64,000 nucleotides of DNA. Origin: an uncultured Acidimicrobium sp. (GTDB lineage Bacteria > Actinomycetota > Acidimicrobiia > Acidimicrobiales > Ilumatobacteraceae). The notes beneath the pieces were generated by a model, which saw nothing but the letters and a program-made list of their open reading frames with translations, was not told where the DNA came from and searched no databases. Positions 47,953 to 57,613 of the stretch are shown in pieces. Location: positions 44,312 to 108,311 of the forward strand of contig CAYXIY010000001.1 in the NCBI GenBank assembly GCA_964465475.1, in the 5' to 3' direction. Each line of letters opens with the position of its first letter. Position 1 is the first letter of the stretch. The position numbers and the translations under genes were made by a program.

Positions 47953-49290
47953 TCAGATCAGTTTCTCTACAGCCTCGACGAAGGCGGCCGTATGTGCGTC
48001 AACGTCCTTGTCGACGTGACTCGGGCACATCAACGCCATGTTGTGGAATGGAGTCAGCAAGATGCCCCGATTGAGAGCGCTCAGATGGAAGTACTCCTCG
48101 AGCTCGTGGTCGACACGTGAGGCAGCCTCAGCACCATCGTGTGGAGCGTCGCTGAACCAGTACTCCGCCCTGCAGCCAAGCTGCTGGACTGACCAGGGCA
48201 GCGAATGTTGCGTGATGACGCCCTGCACACCGTCGGCCCACCGCGTGGCGAGCGGAATGGTGTGCGCAAAGTGCTCCGCGAGGAGCGACGTCGTGAGGGT
48301 CGCCTTCATCACGGCCATCGCGAGTGCACTTCCGCTCAGCGTTCCACCCACTCCACCAACGTCGATCGAATCTCGGTCGAGCATCTCCTCGAGCCGAGTG
48401 GCGACTTCCGCCGACATCCCATATGCCGCTACGGGAACGCCACCACCGATCGTCTTGCCGATGACCACGAAGTCCGGGTCCAGATTCCACAAGGACGTAC
48501 ATCCGCCAGGCGATGCACAAATCGTGTGCGTCTCGTCGATCACAAGGAGGACGCCATACCGGCGAGTCAACTCGCGCACGCCTTCCAAGTATCCGTCTTT
48601 CGGCAGGACTATGCCGATGTTGGTGAGGGCCGGCTCCATGAGTACGCACGCCACGTCCCCCTGTCGCAGCGCGTCTTCCATTGCGCGAAGGTCATTGAAG
48701 GGCACGGCACGTGTGGTGAGTGCCGGATCGACCTGCGGACCGATCGCCCCAGGTCGACTGACGGTCCTGCCCGTCTCGTCGAGTACCACGAGGGTTTCGT
48801 CGACCGTGCCGTGATAGCACCAATCGTTGACCACGATCTTGGGTCGCTTGGTCATGAAACGTGCAAACCTCAGGACGAAGCGGTTTGCATCCGTGGCACT
48901 CAAGGCAAACTGCCATTTTGGAACACCGAAGCGTGCCGCCAGGTTCTCCGCGACGACAAGTGCATCGCTACTCGGCAGCATCGAGGTGAGGCCGATCCGA
49001 GACTGCGAGACCAACGCGTCCGTCACGGCAGTTGTCGAATGACCGACCATCGAGCCCGTGTCACCAAGGCAAAAATCGACGTATTCGTGGCCGTCGACAT
49101 CGACGAAACGGCCTCCTTGGGCTTCGGCGATGAACAACGGAAATGAGCCGGCCCATCGCGTCATCCATGGCATCGGAACGCCCGAGACCAAATGCTGTCT
49201 GGCCTCGTGTGCAAGTTCCCGAGAACGACGGTGACGGGACGCAAAGACTTCCATCTCTTCGCGCATCGCATCGGCTAGGCGTCTCTTCAT
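47953..49290 (-). CDS. Class-III (GSA-aminomutase-like) PLP-dependent aminotransferase
   Basis: ...DFCLGDTGSMVGHS..., DETHT and GKTIGGG (PLP Lys). ATG at 49290 with a GGGGG RBS. Confidence 0.8.
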   Translation of the reverse strand: MKRRLADAMREEMEVFASRHRRSRELAHEARQHLVSGVPMPWMTRWAGSFPLFIAEAQGGRFVDVDGHEYVDFCLGDTGSMVGHSTTAVTDALVSQSRIGLTSMLPSSDALVVAENLAARFGVPKWQFALSATDANRFVLRFARFMTKRPKIVVNDWCYHGTVDETLVVLDETGRTVSRPGAIGPQVDPALTTRAVPFNDLRAMEDALRQGDVACVLMEPALTNIGIVLPKDGYLEGVRELTRRYGVLLVIDETHTICASPGGCTSLWNLDPDFVVIGKTIGGGVPVAAYGMSAEVATRLEEMLDRDSIDVGGVGGTLSGSALAMAVMKATLTTSLLAEHFAHTIPLATRWADGVQGVITQHSLPWSVQQLGCRAEYWFSDAPHDGAEAASRVDHELEEYFHLSALNRGILLTPFHNMALMCPSHVDKDVDAHTAAFVEAVEKLI

Positions 49291-49345
49291 CACGCCCCCA
49301 GTCTTGCCGACGACGACCACTCGACTCGCTCTCTAGACTGGCGAC

Positions 49346-50611
49346 GTGACCATCGCGACCTCGATGCCCTCGGACGTGAGGATTTCGTTTCCTCGTCTGA
49401 GAGGTCGGATCGACGCTCTCGCCTCGATCGGCGCAACCGATGCCGGTGGCTCGTGCAGGCTCGCGTTGACGGACGAGGATCGGCAGGGCCGCGACCTCAT
49501 CGTCGGATGGATGCGAGACCTTGGGATGGACGTGACCATCGACGTCATCGGCAACATCGTCGGGGTGTGGAATGTGGGCACGGGCCAGCCAGTCATGACT
49601 GGTTCCCACATCGATACCGTTCGCACGGGCGGCATCTACGACGGAAACTACGGCGTACTGGCCGGCCTCGAAGTCGTAGAGGCGTGCCAGCAGGCAGGAA
49701 TCACACCAAAGCGACCCCTTGCAGTTGCAGTCTTCACCGACGAGGAAGGGGCACGATTCGCCCCGGACATGCTGGGCTCACTCGTCTACGTCGGCGGGCT
49801 TGGCGTTGAAGAGGCGCTCGACATCCGCGCCATCGACGGTGCTCGGCTGGGTGACGAATTGACCAACATCGGCTACGCAGGCATGACCCCGTGTCCTGGT
49901 CTCGTTCCACACGCTTTCATCGAACTGCACATCGAACAGGGCCCGGTGCTCGAGGCGAAGTCAATGCGTCTCGGAGCTGTGACCGGTGTACAAGGCATCT
50001 CGTGGCAGGAAGTCACGATCGTCGGCCAGTCCAACCATGCCGGGACGACACCGATGGCACTGCGTCGGGATCCCGTTGCGGCAGGTGCAGCCCTTACGTC
50101 GTTCCTCCACGATCTCGCCCACCGCTATGGCGGCAATCAGGTCTGCACGGTGGGCAAGTTCGACGTCCATCCGAACCTCGTCAACGTCGTCGCCGCTCGA
50201 GTGCAGATGACCCTTGACGTGCGTAACACCGACGAGACTCTCTTGCGACAGGCAGAGAACGAGATTCACGAGTTTGTCCGTACGCTCGAGTCCTCCTTTG
50301 GGGTGTCCGTTTCATTCCGCACTCTCGCCCGCTTCGAGCCCGTCGACTTCGACCCTGCGGTCATCGACTTGGTCGATTCCTTGTGCCGCGAGGTCACCGA
50401 CAAAACGATGCGAATGCCGAGCGGAGCGGGCCACGATGCCCAGATGTTGGCTCGAGTCTGTCCGACCGCGATGATTTTCGTTCCAAGCCGAGACGGCATC
50501 AGCCACAACCCGGCTGAGCACACGGACGATCACGATCTTGAAAACGGCGCGAACGTGTTGCTTCGCGCGATGCTCGCACTTTCAGAACATGACTTTGAGG
50601 CTGCATCGTGA
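49346..50611 (+). CDS. M20 Zn-amidase of the hydantoinase/carbamoylase family (allantoate amidohydrolase / N-carbamoyl-L-amino-acid hydrolase / beta-ureidopropionase type)
   Basis: 421 aa, ...GSHIDTVRTGGIYDG..., TDEEGARF, HAGTTPM, GAGHDA, and ISHNPAE at the C-terminus. Confidence 0.85.
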   Translation: MTIATSMPSDVRISFPRLRGRIDALASIGATDAGGSCRLALTDEDRQGRDLIVGWMRDLGMDVTIDVIGNIVGVWNVGTGQPVMTGSHIDTVRTGGIYDGNYGVLAGLEVVEACQQAGITPKRPLAVAVFTDEEGARFAPDMLGSLVYVGGLGVEEALDIRAIDGARLGDELTNIGYAGMTPCPGLVPHAFIELHIEQGPVLEAKSMRLGAVTGVQGISWQEVTIVGQSNHAGTTPMALRRDPVAAGAALTSFLHDLAHRYGGNQVCTVGKFDVHPNLVNVVAARVQMTLDVRNTDETLLRQAENEIHEFVRTLESSFGVSVSFRTLARFEPVDFDPAVIDLVDSLCREVTDKTMRMPSGAGHDAQMLARVCPTAMIFVPSRDGISHNPAEHTDDHDLENGANVLLRAMLALSEHDFEAAS

Positions 50612-51555
50612 CCCGAAACGTCCGCATCGCCGCTGCACAACTTGGCCCAATCCAACGAGCGGACGACCGACCCAGCGTCGTCGCCCGTCTGGTGTCGCTC
50701 ATGGACGAGGCGCATCGTCACGACGTCGACCTCGTCGTCTACCCAGAATTGGCGTTGACCACGTTCTTCCCCCGATGGTTCGTCGACGACATCACGGAGG
50801 CCGATCACTGGTACGAGCGTGAAATGCCGTCCCCAGTCGTCGCTCCGCTCTTCGATGCTGCTCGGGCTTATGGCATCGGCTTCTGCCTCGGCTATGCAGA
50901 ACTCACCCCCGAAGGCGAACGGTTCAACACCCAGATGCTCGTCGAACGAGATGGAACCGTCGTTGGTAAGTATCGCAAGGTGCACATCCCCGGCCATGAG
51001 CACCACGAACCCGATCGGCCTTTCCAACATGCTGAGCGCTACTACTTCACGCCAAGCATGGAGGGCTTCCCCGTCTGGTCGGCCTTTGGTGGACGCGTCG
51101 GCATGATGATTTGCAACGACCGTCGTTGGCCCGAGTCCTATCGAGTCATGGGGCTACAGGGCGTCGAAATGATCCTGTGCGGCTACAACACTCCGTTGCA
51201 CTACGTCCCGGATCCGACCCAAGACCCGCTACAAGGATTCCACAACGCCCTCGTCATGCAATCCGGTGCGTATCAGAACGGGACGTTCGTCGTCGGAGTC
51301 GCAAAGGGAGGTGTCGAGGAAGGCGTCGACAGCCTTGCCGACAGCATGATCGTCGCCCCATCGGGCGAGATCCTGGCCAAGGCCAGCACATCCGGCGACG
51401 AACTCGTTTGGGCCGACTGCGACCTGGACTGGTGCTATCAGTACAAGGACACCCTGTTCGACTTCAACCGATACAGGAGACCTGAGCTCTACGGGCGCAT
51501 CTCGGGACAGCGAGGGGTCGACCCCTCCGACAGGGGTCCTTTTAACAAACTGTAA
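50608..51555 (+). CDS. Carbon-nitrogen hydrolase, N-carbamoyl-D-amino-acid hydrolase (DCase)-like
   Basis: Collinear by eye with Agrobacterium D-carbamoylase. Shared segments are YPELALTTFFPRW (Glu), GKYRKVHIPGH (Lys), MMICNDRRWPE (Cys) and GYNTP. Confidence 0.85.
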   Translation: MTRNVRIAAAQLGPIQRADDRPSVVARLVSLMDEAHRHDVDLVVYPELALTTFFPRWFVDDITEADHWYEREMPSPVVAPLFDAARAYGIGFCLGYAELTPEGERFNTQMLVERDGTVVGKYRKVHIPGHEHHEPDRPFQHAERYYFTPSMEGFPVWSAFGGRVGMMICNDRRWPESYRVMGLQGVEMILCGYNTPLHYVPDPTQDPLQGFHNALVMQSGAYQNGTFVVGVAKGGVEEGVDSLADSMIVAPSGEILAKASTSGDELVWADCDLDWCYQYKDTLFDFNRYRRPELYGRISGQRGVDPSDRGPFNKL

Positions 51556-51586
51556 AAGCGTTTTCCTTGCCCTGTAAGGTGAACCT

Positions 51587-54181
51587 ATGTCGTTGGGGGC
51601 ACGCGAGGCGGTCGTCGGCTTTGTCGTCAACGGCACGCCCGTTTCCGTCCGGTCATCCCACCCACACCTGCTCGCAGCCCTCCGCGAAGAGTTGGACATC
51701 ACCTCACCAAAGGATGGTTGCTCCCCAAGCGGCCAATGTGGCTGTTGCACCGTCATCGTCAACGGCAAGGCCGTCGTCAGCTGCCAGACACCGCTTGACA
51801 AGGTCGAAGGCGGCACCGTCACCACTCTCGAGGGCTTCGATCCAGCAGTTCGCAAATCGTTTTCGGATGCATTCTCCGCCTGTGGAGGTTTGCAATGCGG
51901 ATTTTGCATACCCGGAATCGTCGTCCGCGCGCACGCACAGATCGAAAAGAAGGGTGCCGACCTCACCAAGGCGGACATGGCACGCCATCTCGGAGCGCAC
52001 CTCTGTCGCTGCACGGGCTACTCGAAGATTCTCGATGCGATCGAATGCGTCGCCAAAGGAACAACCGTCACACCGGCGCCACTCGGGGGCATCGGGGCTC
52101 GGTCGTCGAAGGTCGAGGCAGCCGAACTGACGCTCGGCGATCGCGGCTACGTCGACGACATCAGAATCCCTGGAATGCTGCACGCAGCGCTCGTCTTCAC
52201 CGCCCATGCACGAGCTGACGTTGTCGCCATCGATACGAGCCGCGCTCGACAGGCACCAGGAGTCGTTGCCGTCTATACGGCAGCCGACATCCCTGGTGAT
52301 CTCATGGTCGGGATCATCTACAAGGACTGGCCGGTCATGATTCCGGTCGGCGGTCGAACCTCGTATGCCGGAGACGTGCTTGCGATCGTCGTCGCTGAGA
52401 CGAAGGACGAGGCGCGTGCGGCGGTAGCCGACGTCGAGGTCGACTACGTCGTGCACACACCGATCACCGACCCCCTGGTTGCCCTCCACGGTCCTGACAT
52501 CGCGGTCTGGAAGACGGAGTCGAACGTGCTCAGCACGAGCTCGTACACCCGCGGAGACGTCGATGCGGCCCTCGCGTCGTGCGCGCACGTCGTCAGCGAG
52601 CGCTTCACCACGCAACGGATCGAGCACGCCTTCTTGGAGCCCGAGTCGACCCTGGCGGTCTACGACGGCGACCGAGACCACCTGCACGTCTATTCCGGTG
52701 GCCAGGGCATCTGGGACGATCGCAACGACATCGCCAGAGTTCTCGGCATCACCAACGACAAGGTGACCGTCGAACTCATCACCAATGGCGGTGCTTTCGG
52801 TGGCAAGGAAGACATGTCGAACCAAGCACACGCCTCGCTGGCCGCGTGGCTGCTGAAGAAGCCCGTGAAATGCACGTTGTCGCGCGAAGAGAGCTTCCGC
52901 ATGCACGCAAAACGCCATCCGATCACGATGGATTACGTCGCCGGCTGCGACGCCGACGGCAAGCTCGTAGCACTCAAGGTGCGCGCGATCGGTGACAGTG
53001 GTGCATACGCCAGCGTGGGCATGAAGGTGTTGGAGCGCATGGCCGGACACGCAAGCGGCCCGTATCACGTCCCACACATCGACGTCGAGGCACTCGCCAT
53101 GCGGACCAACAATCCGATCTGCGGCGCGTTTCGCGGCTTCGGTGCCAATCAAGCACAGTTTGCGATGGAAGGCGTCCTCGACCGGCTCGCTCAAATGTGT
53201 GGAATTGACGGCTGGGAGATTCGTTCCCGGAACGTCATCAAGCCGGGAATGGTGTGGGGACCGGGCCAAATCATGGATGACGGTTGCCTCGGTGCTGAGG
53301 CGTGCCTTGAAGCGGTCAAGGACACCTACTACGAAGCCAAGAGTGCGGGCAAAGGCGTCGGGGTCGGTCTTGGTCTCAAGAACAGCGGACTCGGAAACGG
53401 GTTCAAGGAAATCACCAAAGCGGTCGTGCGCCTGCGAGCAGATGGAGTCACCGAAGTCCGCCACGGATGGACCGAAATGGGCCAGGGAATCAACACCATC
53501 GCCGCTCAGGTCGTGGTTCACGAGCTCGGCGTCGACCCAGAGTCGATCGTCGTCATCGTCGACACGACCCGTGAGCTTGGACTTGGACAAACGACCGGCT
53601 CACGTGGGACCCTCATGGGGGCCGGCGCCGTCAAAGCAGCGTGTGACACGGCGAAGGCGAACGGACTCGCCAAGGACGTCGATCACCTCGGCGAGTACCG
53701 GGTCGACTGGACGACGAAGCTCGGGGATCCCGGCGTCACGAATCCGATCATCCATTCGACCTTCGGCTATGCAGCACAGCTCGTCGTCATGGACCGTGAC
53801 ACACAAAAGATCGAGAAGGTTGTCGCCGCTCACGACGTCGGCAAGGCAATGAATCCGCTGTTGTGCGAGGGCCAGATCGAAGGAAGCGTGCACATGGGCC
53901 TCGGATACGCACTCACCGAGGACTTCCCGTCGGATCCCGAGACGGGATTCCCCACGTTCTCCACGTTGCGTCAGCTCGGGATCATTCGCGCGAAGGATGT
54001 GCCGCCGATCGAGGTTCGCCTCATCGAGTCACCGCAACCGAATGCACCGTACGGGATCAAGGGCGTAGGAGAAATCGGCCTGGTTCCGACCGCTGGCGCC
54101 GTGGCTGCTGCGCTCCACTCGTGCGACGGTCGTTGGCGCACCTCCCTGCCGATGAAGGACGCCGCGGGCGAGGAGGACTGA
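51587..54181 (+). CDS. Fused [2Fe-2S]x2 + molybdopterin hydroxylase without FAD domain (XdhD / aldehyde-oxidoreductase architecture)
   Basis: N-terminus has GCSPSGQCGCCTV, CGFCIPG and CRCTGY. The Moco domains of about 700 aa end in ...PYGIKGVGEIG (catalytic Glu context). Confidence 0.85.
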   Translation: MSLGAREAVVGFVVNGTPVSVRSSHPHLLAALREELDITSPKDGCSPSGQCGCCTVIVNGKAVVSCQTPLDKVEGGTVTTLEGFDPAVRKSFSDAFSACGGLQCGFCIPGIVVRAHAQIEKKGADLTKADMARHLGAHLCRCTGYSKILDAIECVAKGTTVTPAPLGGIGARSSKVEAAELTLGDRGYVDDIRIPGMLHAALVFTAHARADVVAIDTSRARQAPGVVAVYTAADIPGDLMVGIIYKDWPVMIPVGGRTSYAGDVLAIVVAETKDEARAAVADVEVDYVVHTPITDPLVALHGPDIAVWKTESNVLSTSSYTRGDVDAALASCAHVVSERFTTQRIEHAFLEPESTLAVYDGDRDHLHVYSGGQGIWDDRNDIARVLGITNDKVTVELITNGGAFGGKEDMSNQAHASLAAWLLKKPVKCTLSREESFRMHAKRHPITMDYVAGCDADGKLVALKVRAIGDSGAYASVGMKVLERMAGHASGPYHVPHIDVEALAMRTNNPICGAFRGFGANQAQFAMEGVLDRLAQMCGIDGWEIRSRNVIKPGMVWGPGQIMDDGCLGAEACLEAVKDTYYEAKSAGKGVGVGLGLKNSGLGNGFKEITKAVVRLRADGVTEVRHGWTEMGQGINTIAAQVVVHELGVDPESIVVIVDTTRELGLGQTTGSRGTLMGAGAVKAACDTAKANGLAKDVDHLGEYRVDWTTKLGDPGVTNPIIHSTFGYAAQLVVMDRDTQKIEKVVAAHDVGKAMNPLLCEGQIEGSVHMGLGYALTEDFPSDPETGFPTFSTLRQLGIIRAKDVPPIEVRLIESPQPNAPYGIKGVGEIGLVPTAGAVAAALHSCDGRWRTSLPMKDAAGEED

Positions 54182-54182
54182 C

Positions 54183-55253
54183 GTGTCAGACACGACGCCC
54201 GGCTTCGTCTGCGCCCACCACCACCTCTATTCGACGCTTGCGCGAGGCATGCCCAGTCCTCCGCGGACACCAACCGACTTCATCGAGGTCCTTCAACAGG
54301 TGTGGTGGCGCCTCGATGCCGCACTGGACGACGAGATGATCTACTGGAGTGCCAAGATGGGCGCAATTGAAGCCGTGATGGCAGGAACGACTTGCATCAT
54401 CGATCATCACGAGTCGCCGAACGCGATCAAGGGATCACTGGCGCTGATCGAACAGGCCTGCACCGAAGTGGGAGTGCGCGTGAATGCGTCCTATGGGGTG
54501 ACCGATCGCTGGACCGAGGACGGACGACTCCTCGACCGGGTCGAACCGTCGTCATCGATGACATCGTCCGCACGAGCGGGTCTCGAGGAGAATCGTCGGC
54601 ATTTGGCGGCCGGCGGTCGCGGGATGGTCGGAGTGCACGCCGCCTTCACCGTCTCTGATGAGACGTTGTCTGCCGCGGCAAATCTTGCGCTCGAGTTCAA
54701 CGTCGGTGTCCATGTCCACGTTGCCGAAGGTCCAGACGATGCCGGTGCGTACGAACGCTTGGTGGACCTTGCCACGGATCGATGGCTGATCATCCATGGA
54801 GTACACCTCGACAAGCCACTCAACGGAACGCTCGTGCACAATCCCCGATCAAACATGAACAACTCGGTCGGCTACGCACATCCAACTCGCACGTCCATGC
54901 CCGTGGCACTCGGAACGGACGGAATCGGTGCCGACATGCCGGAGGAAGCGCGCGTGGCCTTTGCTCGGTTGAGGGAATCCGACCTCACTGCAGGCGCCGA
55001 TGTCATTGGCTCATGGATCGACAACAGTCGCCGACTCTTTCCAGAGTCCCTTTCGGACACGGTGACCTGGAACTACGACTCCATGGACTCCCCGTGGCAC
55101 CTCGCCTACACACCGGGAACGCGACCACGCACGGTCGTCGTCGATGGGCGCACCATCCTCGACAACGGAGTACCCACTCTCGTCGACATCGACGAGGTGC
55201 GACATCACGCTTCACTTCAGGCAAAACGTCTCCACGAAAGGCTGGCAGCATGA
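54183..55253 (+). CDS. SsnA-like amidohydrolase (COG0402 group), N-terminally short
   Basis: Starts ...[18 protein letters not shown]...[16 protein letters not shown], the SsnA-type HxHxYSxxxRG/WWRLD signature. It begins 2 nt after the preceding stop. Later His/Asp metal ligands are present ([17 protein letters not shown]). Confidence 0.7.
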   Translation: MSDTTPGFVCAHHHLYSTLARGMPSPPRTPTDFIEVLQQVWWRLDAALDDEMIYWSAKMGAIEAVMAGTTCIIDHHESPNAIKGSLALIEQACTEVGVRVNASYGVTDRWTEDGRLLDRVEPSSSMTSSARAGLEENRRHLAAGGRGMVGVHAAFTVSDETLSAAANLALEFNVGVHVHVAEGPDDAGAYERLVDLATDRWLIIHGVHLDKPLNGTLVHNPRSNMNNSVGYAHPTRTSMPVALGTDGIGADMPEEARVAFARLRESDLTAGADVIGSWIDNSRRLFPESLSDTVTWNYDSMDSPWHLAYTPGTRPRTVVVDGRTILDNGVPTLVDIDEVRHHASLQAKRLHERLAA

Positions 55254-56293
55254 GCCTCCCACGACAGGCAGTCAATCCGAGCACTGGACACGCCCGCATG
55301 GCGGTGTACCTCCAAGATGCGCATCCCATCCGTGAGGGGATGGAGATCGCCAAGTATGCCGAGGCGAAGGGATTCGAGGCGGTGTGGCAGGCCGAAAGTC
55401 GCCTCGTTCGAGAGGCGACCGTGCCGATGGCGGCATTCGCATCGGTGACCTCGACGCTCAAGGTCGGCTCTGGAGTCGTCGATTGTTGGAGTCGTAACCC
55501 GGCTCGTCTGGCAGCGACGTTTTCGACCCTCGATGACCTCGCCCGCGATCGCGTGATCCTCGGCATCGGCGCCTGGTGGGATCCTCTCGCACAGAAGGTC
55601 GGCATTTCGCGAGCCAAGCCACTTCGCGCAATGAAGGAGATCGTGCTCAACGTACGAGCACTCCTGAACAACGAAAACGTCACCTTCCATGGAGAATTCG
55701 TCAACTTTGACGGAATCGAACTCGACTACGTCTATCAAGAACGTCGACCCAAGAACGTTCCGATCTACATCGGCGCGACAGGGATGCAGATGATGGAACT
55801 CACGGGTGAGATTGCCGATGGAGTCGTTCTCAACTACCTCGTCTCCCCCGACTACAACACCACTGCGATCGAAGCGCTCCAGAAGGGCGCGGACAAGGCG
55901 GGGCGTCGCCTGGAGGACATCGATCGTCCACAGCTCGTCGTCTGTAGCGTGCACGAGGATCGCAAGACCGCGCTCGACATGGCGCGCCAGATGGTCACTC
56001 AATACCTGGGTCAGCAGCCGCACATCATGAAGGCATCAGGAGTCCCCCAGTCGCTTCTCGACAAGGTCGGCGAGGAACTCACGTGGCCTGCGACTCACGA
56101 GCAGGTCGTCGCTGCGTCGCGTCACGTTCCAGACGAGATCGTCCAAATGCTGACTGCAAGTGGAACGCCTGCGGAGGCCCGCCAGCAAGTTCGCCACTAC
56201 ATCGACAATGGCGCGACGTGTCCGATCCTCTATCCGCTCGGCGACACGAAGGCGATGATCGACGCCTTCTCTGGATGGGACGGCACCACGTGA
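55250..56293 (+). CDS. LLM-class (luciferase-like, F420/FMN-dependent; Mer-like) oxidoreductase
   Basis: ...[18 protein letters not shown]..., with TIM-barrel LLM signatures. ATGA overlap with the upstream stop. An alternative ATG is at 55298. Confidence 0.8.
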   Translation: MSLPRQAVNPSTGHARMAVYLQDAHPIREGMEIAKYAEAKGFEAVWQAESRLVREATVPMAAFASVTSTLKVGSGVVDCWSRNPARLAATFSTLDDLARDRVILGIGAWWDPLAQKVGISRAKPLRAMKEIVLNVRALLNNENVTFHGEFVNFDGIELDYVYQERRPKNVPIYIGATGMQMMELTGEIADGVVLNYLVSPDYNTTAIEALQKGADKAGRRLEDIDRPQLVVCSVHEDRKTALDMARQMVTQYLGQQPHIMKASGVPQSLLDKVGEELTWPATHEQVVAASRHVPDEIVQMLTASGTPAEARQQVRHYIDNGATCPILYPLGDTKAMIDAFSGWDGTT

Positions 56294-57138
56294 GCGTTGC
56301 CACACCCCGACGCCTCGACGAGGCGCTTGCATTCAGGCGCGACAATCCCTCTGCCCTCGTCATCACTGGCGGCACCGACTTGATGGTTGAGGTCAACTTC
56401 AACCGCCGCAAGCCCGAGGACGTGCTCTCCCTCGCGCGAGTCGATGAACTGCATCGCGTCGACACGTCGTCACCATCGGTCGTGCGAATCGGAGCGGCGG
56501 TTCCGTGGGCCCGGATGGAACGTGGCGATCTCGCACGACTACTCCCCGCTCTTGCGGAGGCAGCGCGCACCGTCGGATCGCCGCAAATCCGTCAAGCCGG
56601 CACTCTCGGCGGCAATCTCGGCACGTGCTCACCCGCTGGTGACGGACTCCCCGTCCTTGGCGCCCTCGACGCATCGATCGTGTTGAGGTCCACCTCGACA
56701 GAGCGAATCGTGCCGTTTAGCGACTTCATGGTTGGGCCGAAGCGAAACGTCCTCCAGCCAGACGAACTCATCACGGCTGTCGAAATTCCCTTGACCTCCT
56801 CGTGGCAGGGGTACTCGAAGGTCGGAGTACGCAATGCGATGGTCATCTCCGTCGCGTCTGCCTGCGCCGCGCTCTCGAAGGATGGATCGCACCTGTCCAT
56901 CGCGCTCGGAGCGGTAGGTCCCACGATCATCCGATGCACTGCCACCGAGCAGTGGCTGACCGGTCTTGGAAGGCCCGCTATCGAGACCTTGACCTCACCC
57001 ACGACTCGCCATGAACTCGGCGAGCGGGCTGCGGCAGAGGCACGACCGATCACCGATCACCGATCGACGGCGGACTATCGACGCCACGCAATTTCCGTCA
57101 TCGTTCGTCGCCTCGCCGAAAGGGCCATCAATGAATGA
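56290..57138 (+). CDS. Xanthine dehydrogenase family FAD-binding subunit (CoxM-like)
   Basis: [15 protein letters not shown] and GTLGGNL motifs. GTGA overlap with the LLM stop. Confidence 0.85.
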   Translation: MSVATPRRLDEALAFRRDNPSALVITGGTDLMVEVNFNRRKPEDVLSLARVDELHRVDTSSPSVVRIGAAVPWARMERGDLARLLPALAEAARTVGSPQIRQAGTLGGNLGTCSPAGDGLPVLGALDASIVLRSTSTERIVPFSDFMVGPKRNVLQPDELITAVEIPLTSSWQGYSKVGVRNAMVISVASACAALSKDGSHLSIALGAVGPTIIRCTATEQWLTGLGRPAIETLTSPTTRHELGERAAAEARPITDHRSTADYRRHAISVIVRRLAERAINE

Positions 57139-57613
57139 GCAGTATTCCCTGAACGTGAATGGCGAGTCGCGGGAGGTTCGCGACTCGTGGGTCGGAGAAT
57201 CACTCCTCTACGTGCTTCGTCAGCGACTCGGCCTTCCGGGAACCAAGGGAGCCTGTGAACAGGGCGAGTGCGGTTCCTGCACGGTGCTCGTGGATGGGAA
57301 CGCGGTGTGCTCATGCCTCGTGATGGCCGCCACCTGCGTCGACACACAGATCACGACGGTCGAAGGACTCGGTGACGGACAGGCGTTGACGGACGTCCAA
57401 CAGGCATTCGTCGAGGCCGGCGGTGTTCAATGCGGCTTTTGTACTCCAGGGTTGATCGTCGCAGTTCACGACCTGCTCGAGGACAACCCGTCACCGACGA
57501 CGTCTCAGGTGAAAGAGGCGCTCTCGGGCAACATCTGCCGTTGCACCGGGTACGGACGGATCTTTGACGCCGTCCAGCTCGTCATCTCAAGGCGCACCGG
57601 AGTGAGCCGATGA
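57131..57613 (+). CDS. Xanthine dehydrogenase family [2Fe-2S] subunit (CoxS-like)
   Basis: CEQGECGSCTV, CGFCTPG and CRCTGY motifs, 160 aa. Confidence 0.9.
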   Translation: MNEQYSLNVNGESREVRDSWVGESLLYVLRQRLGLPGTKGACEQGECGSCTVLVDGNAVCSCLVMAATCVDTQITTVEGLGDGQALTDVQQAFVEAGGVQCGFCTPGLIVAVHDLLEDNPSPTTSQVKEALSGNICRCTGYGRIFDAVQLVISRRTGVSR

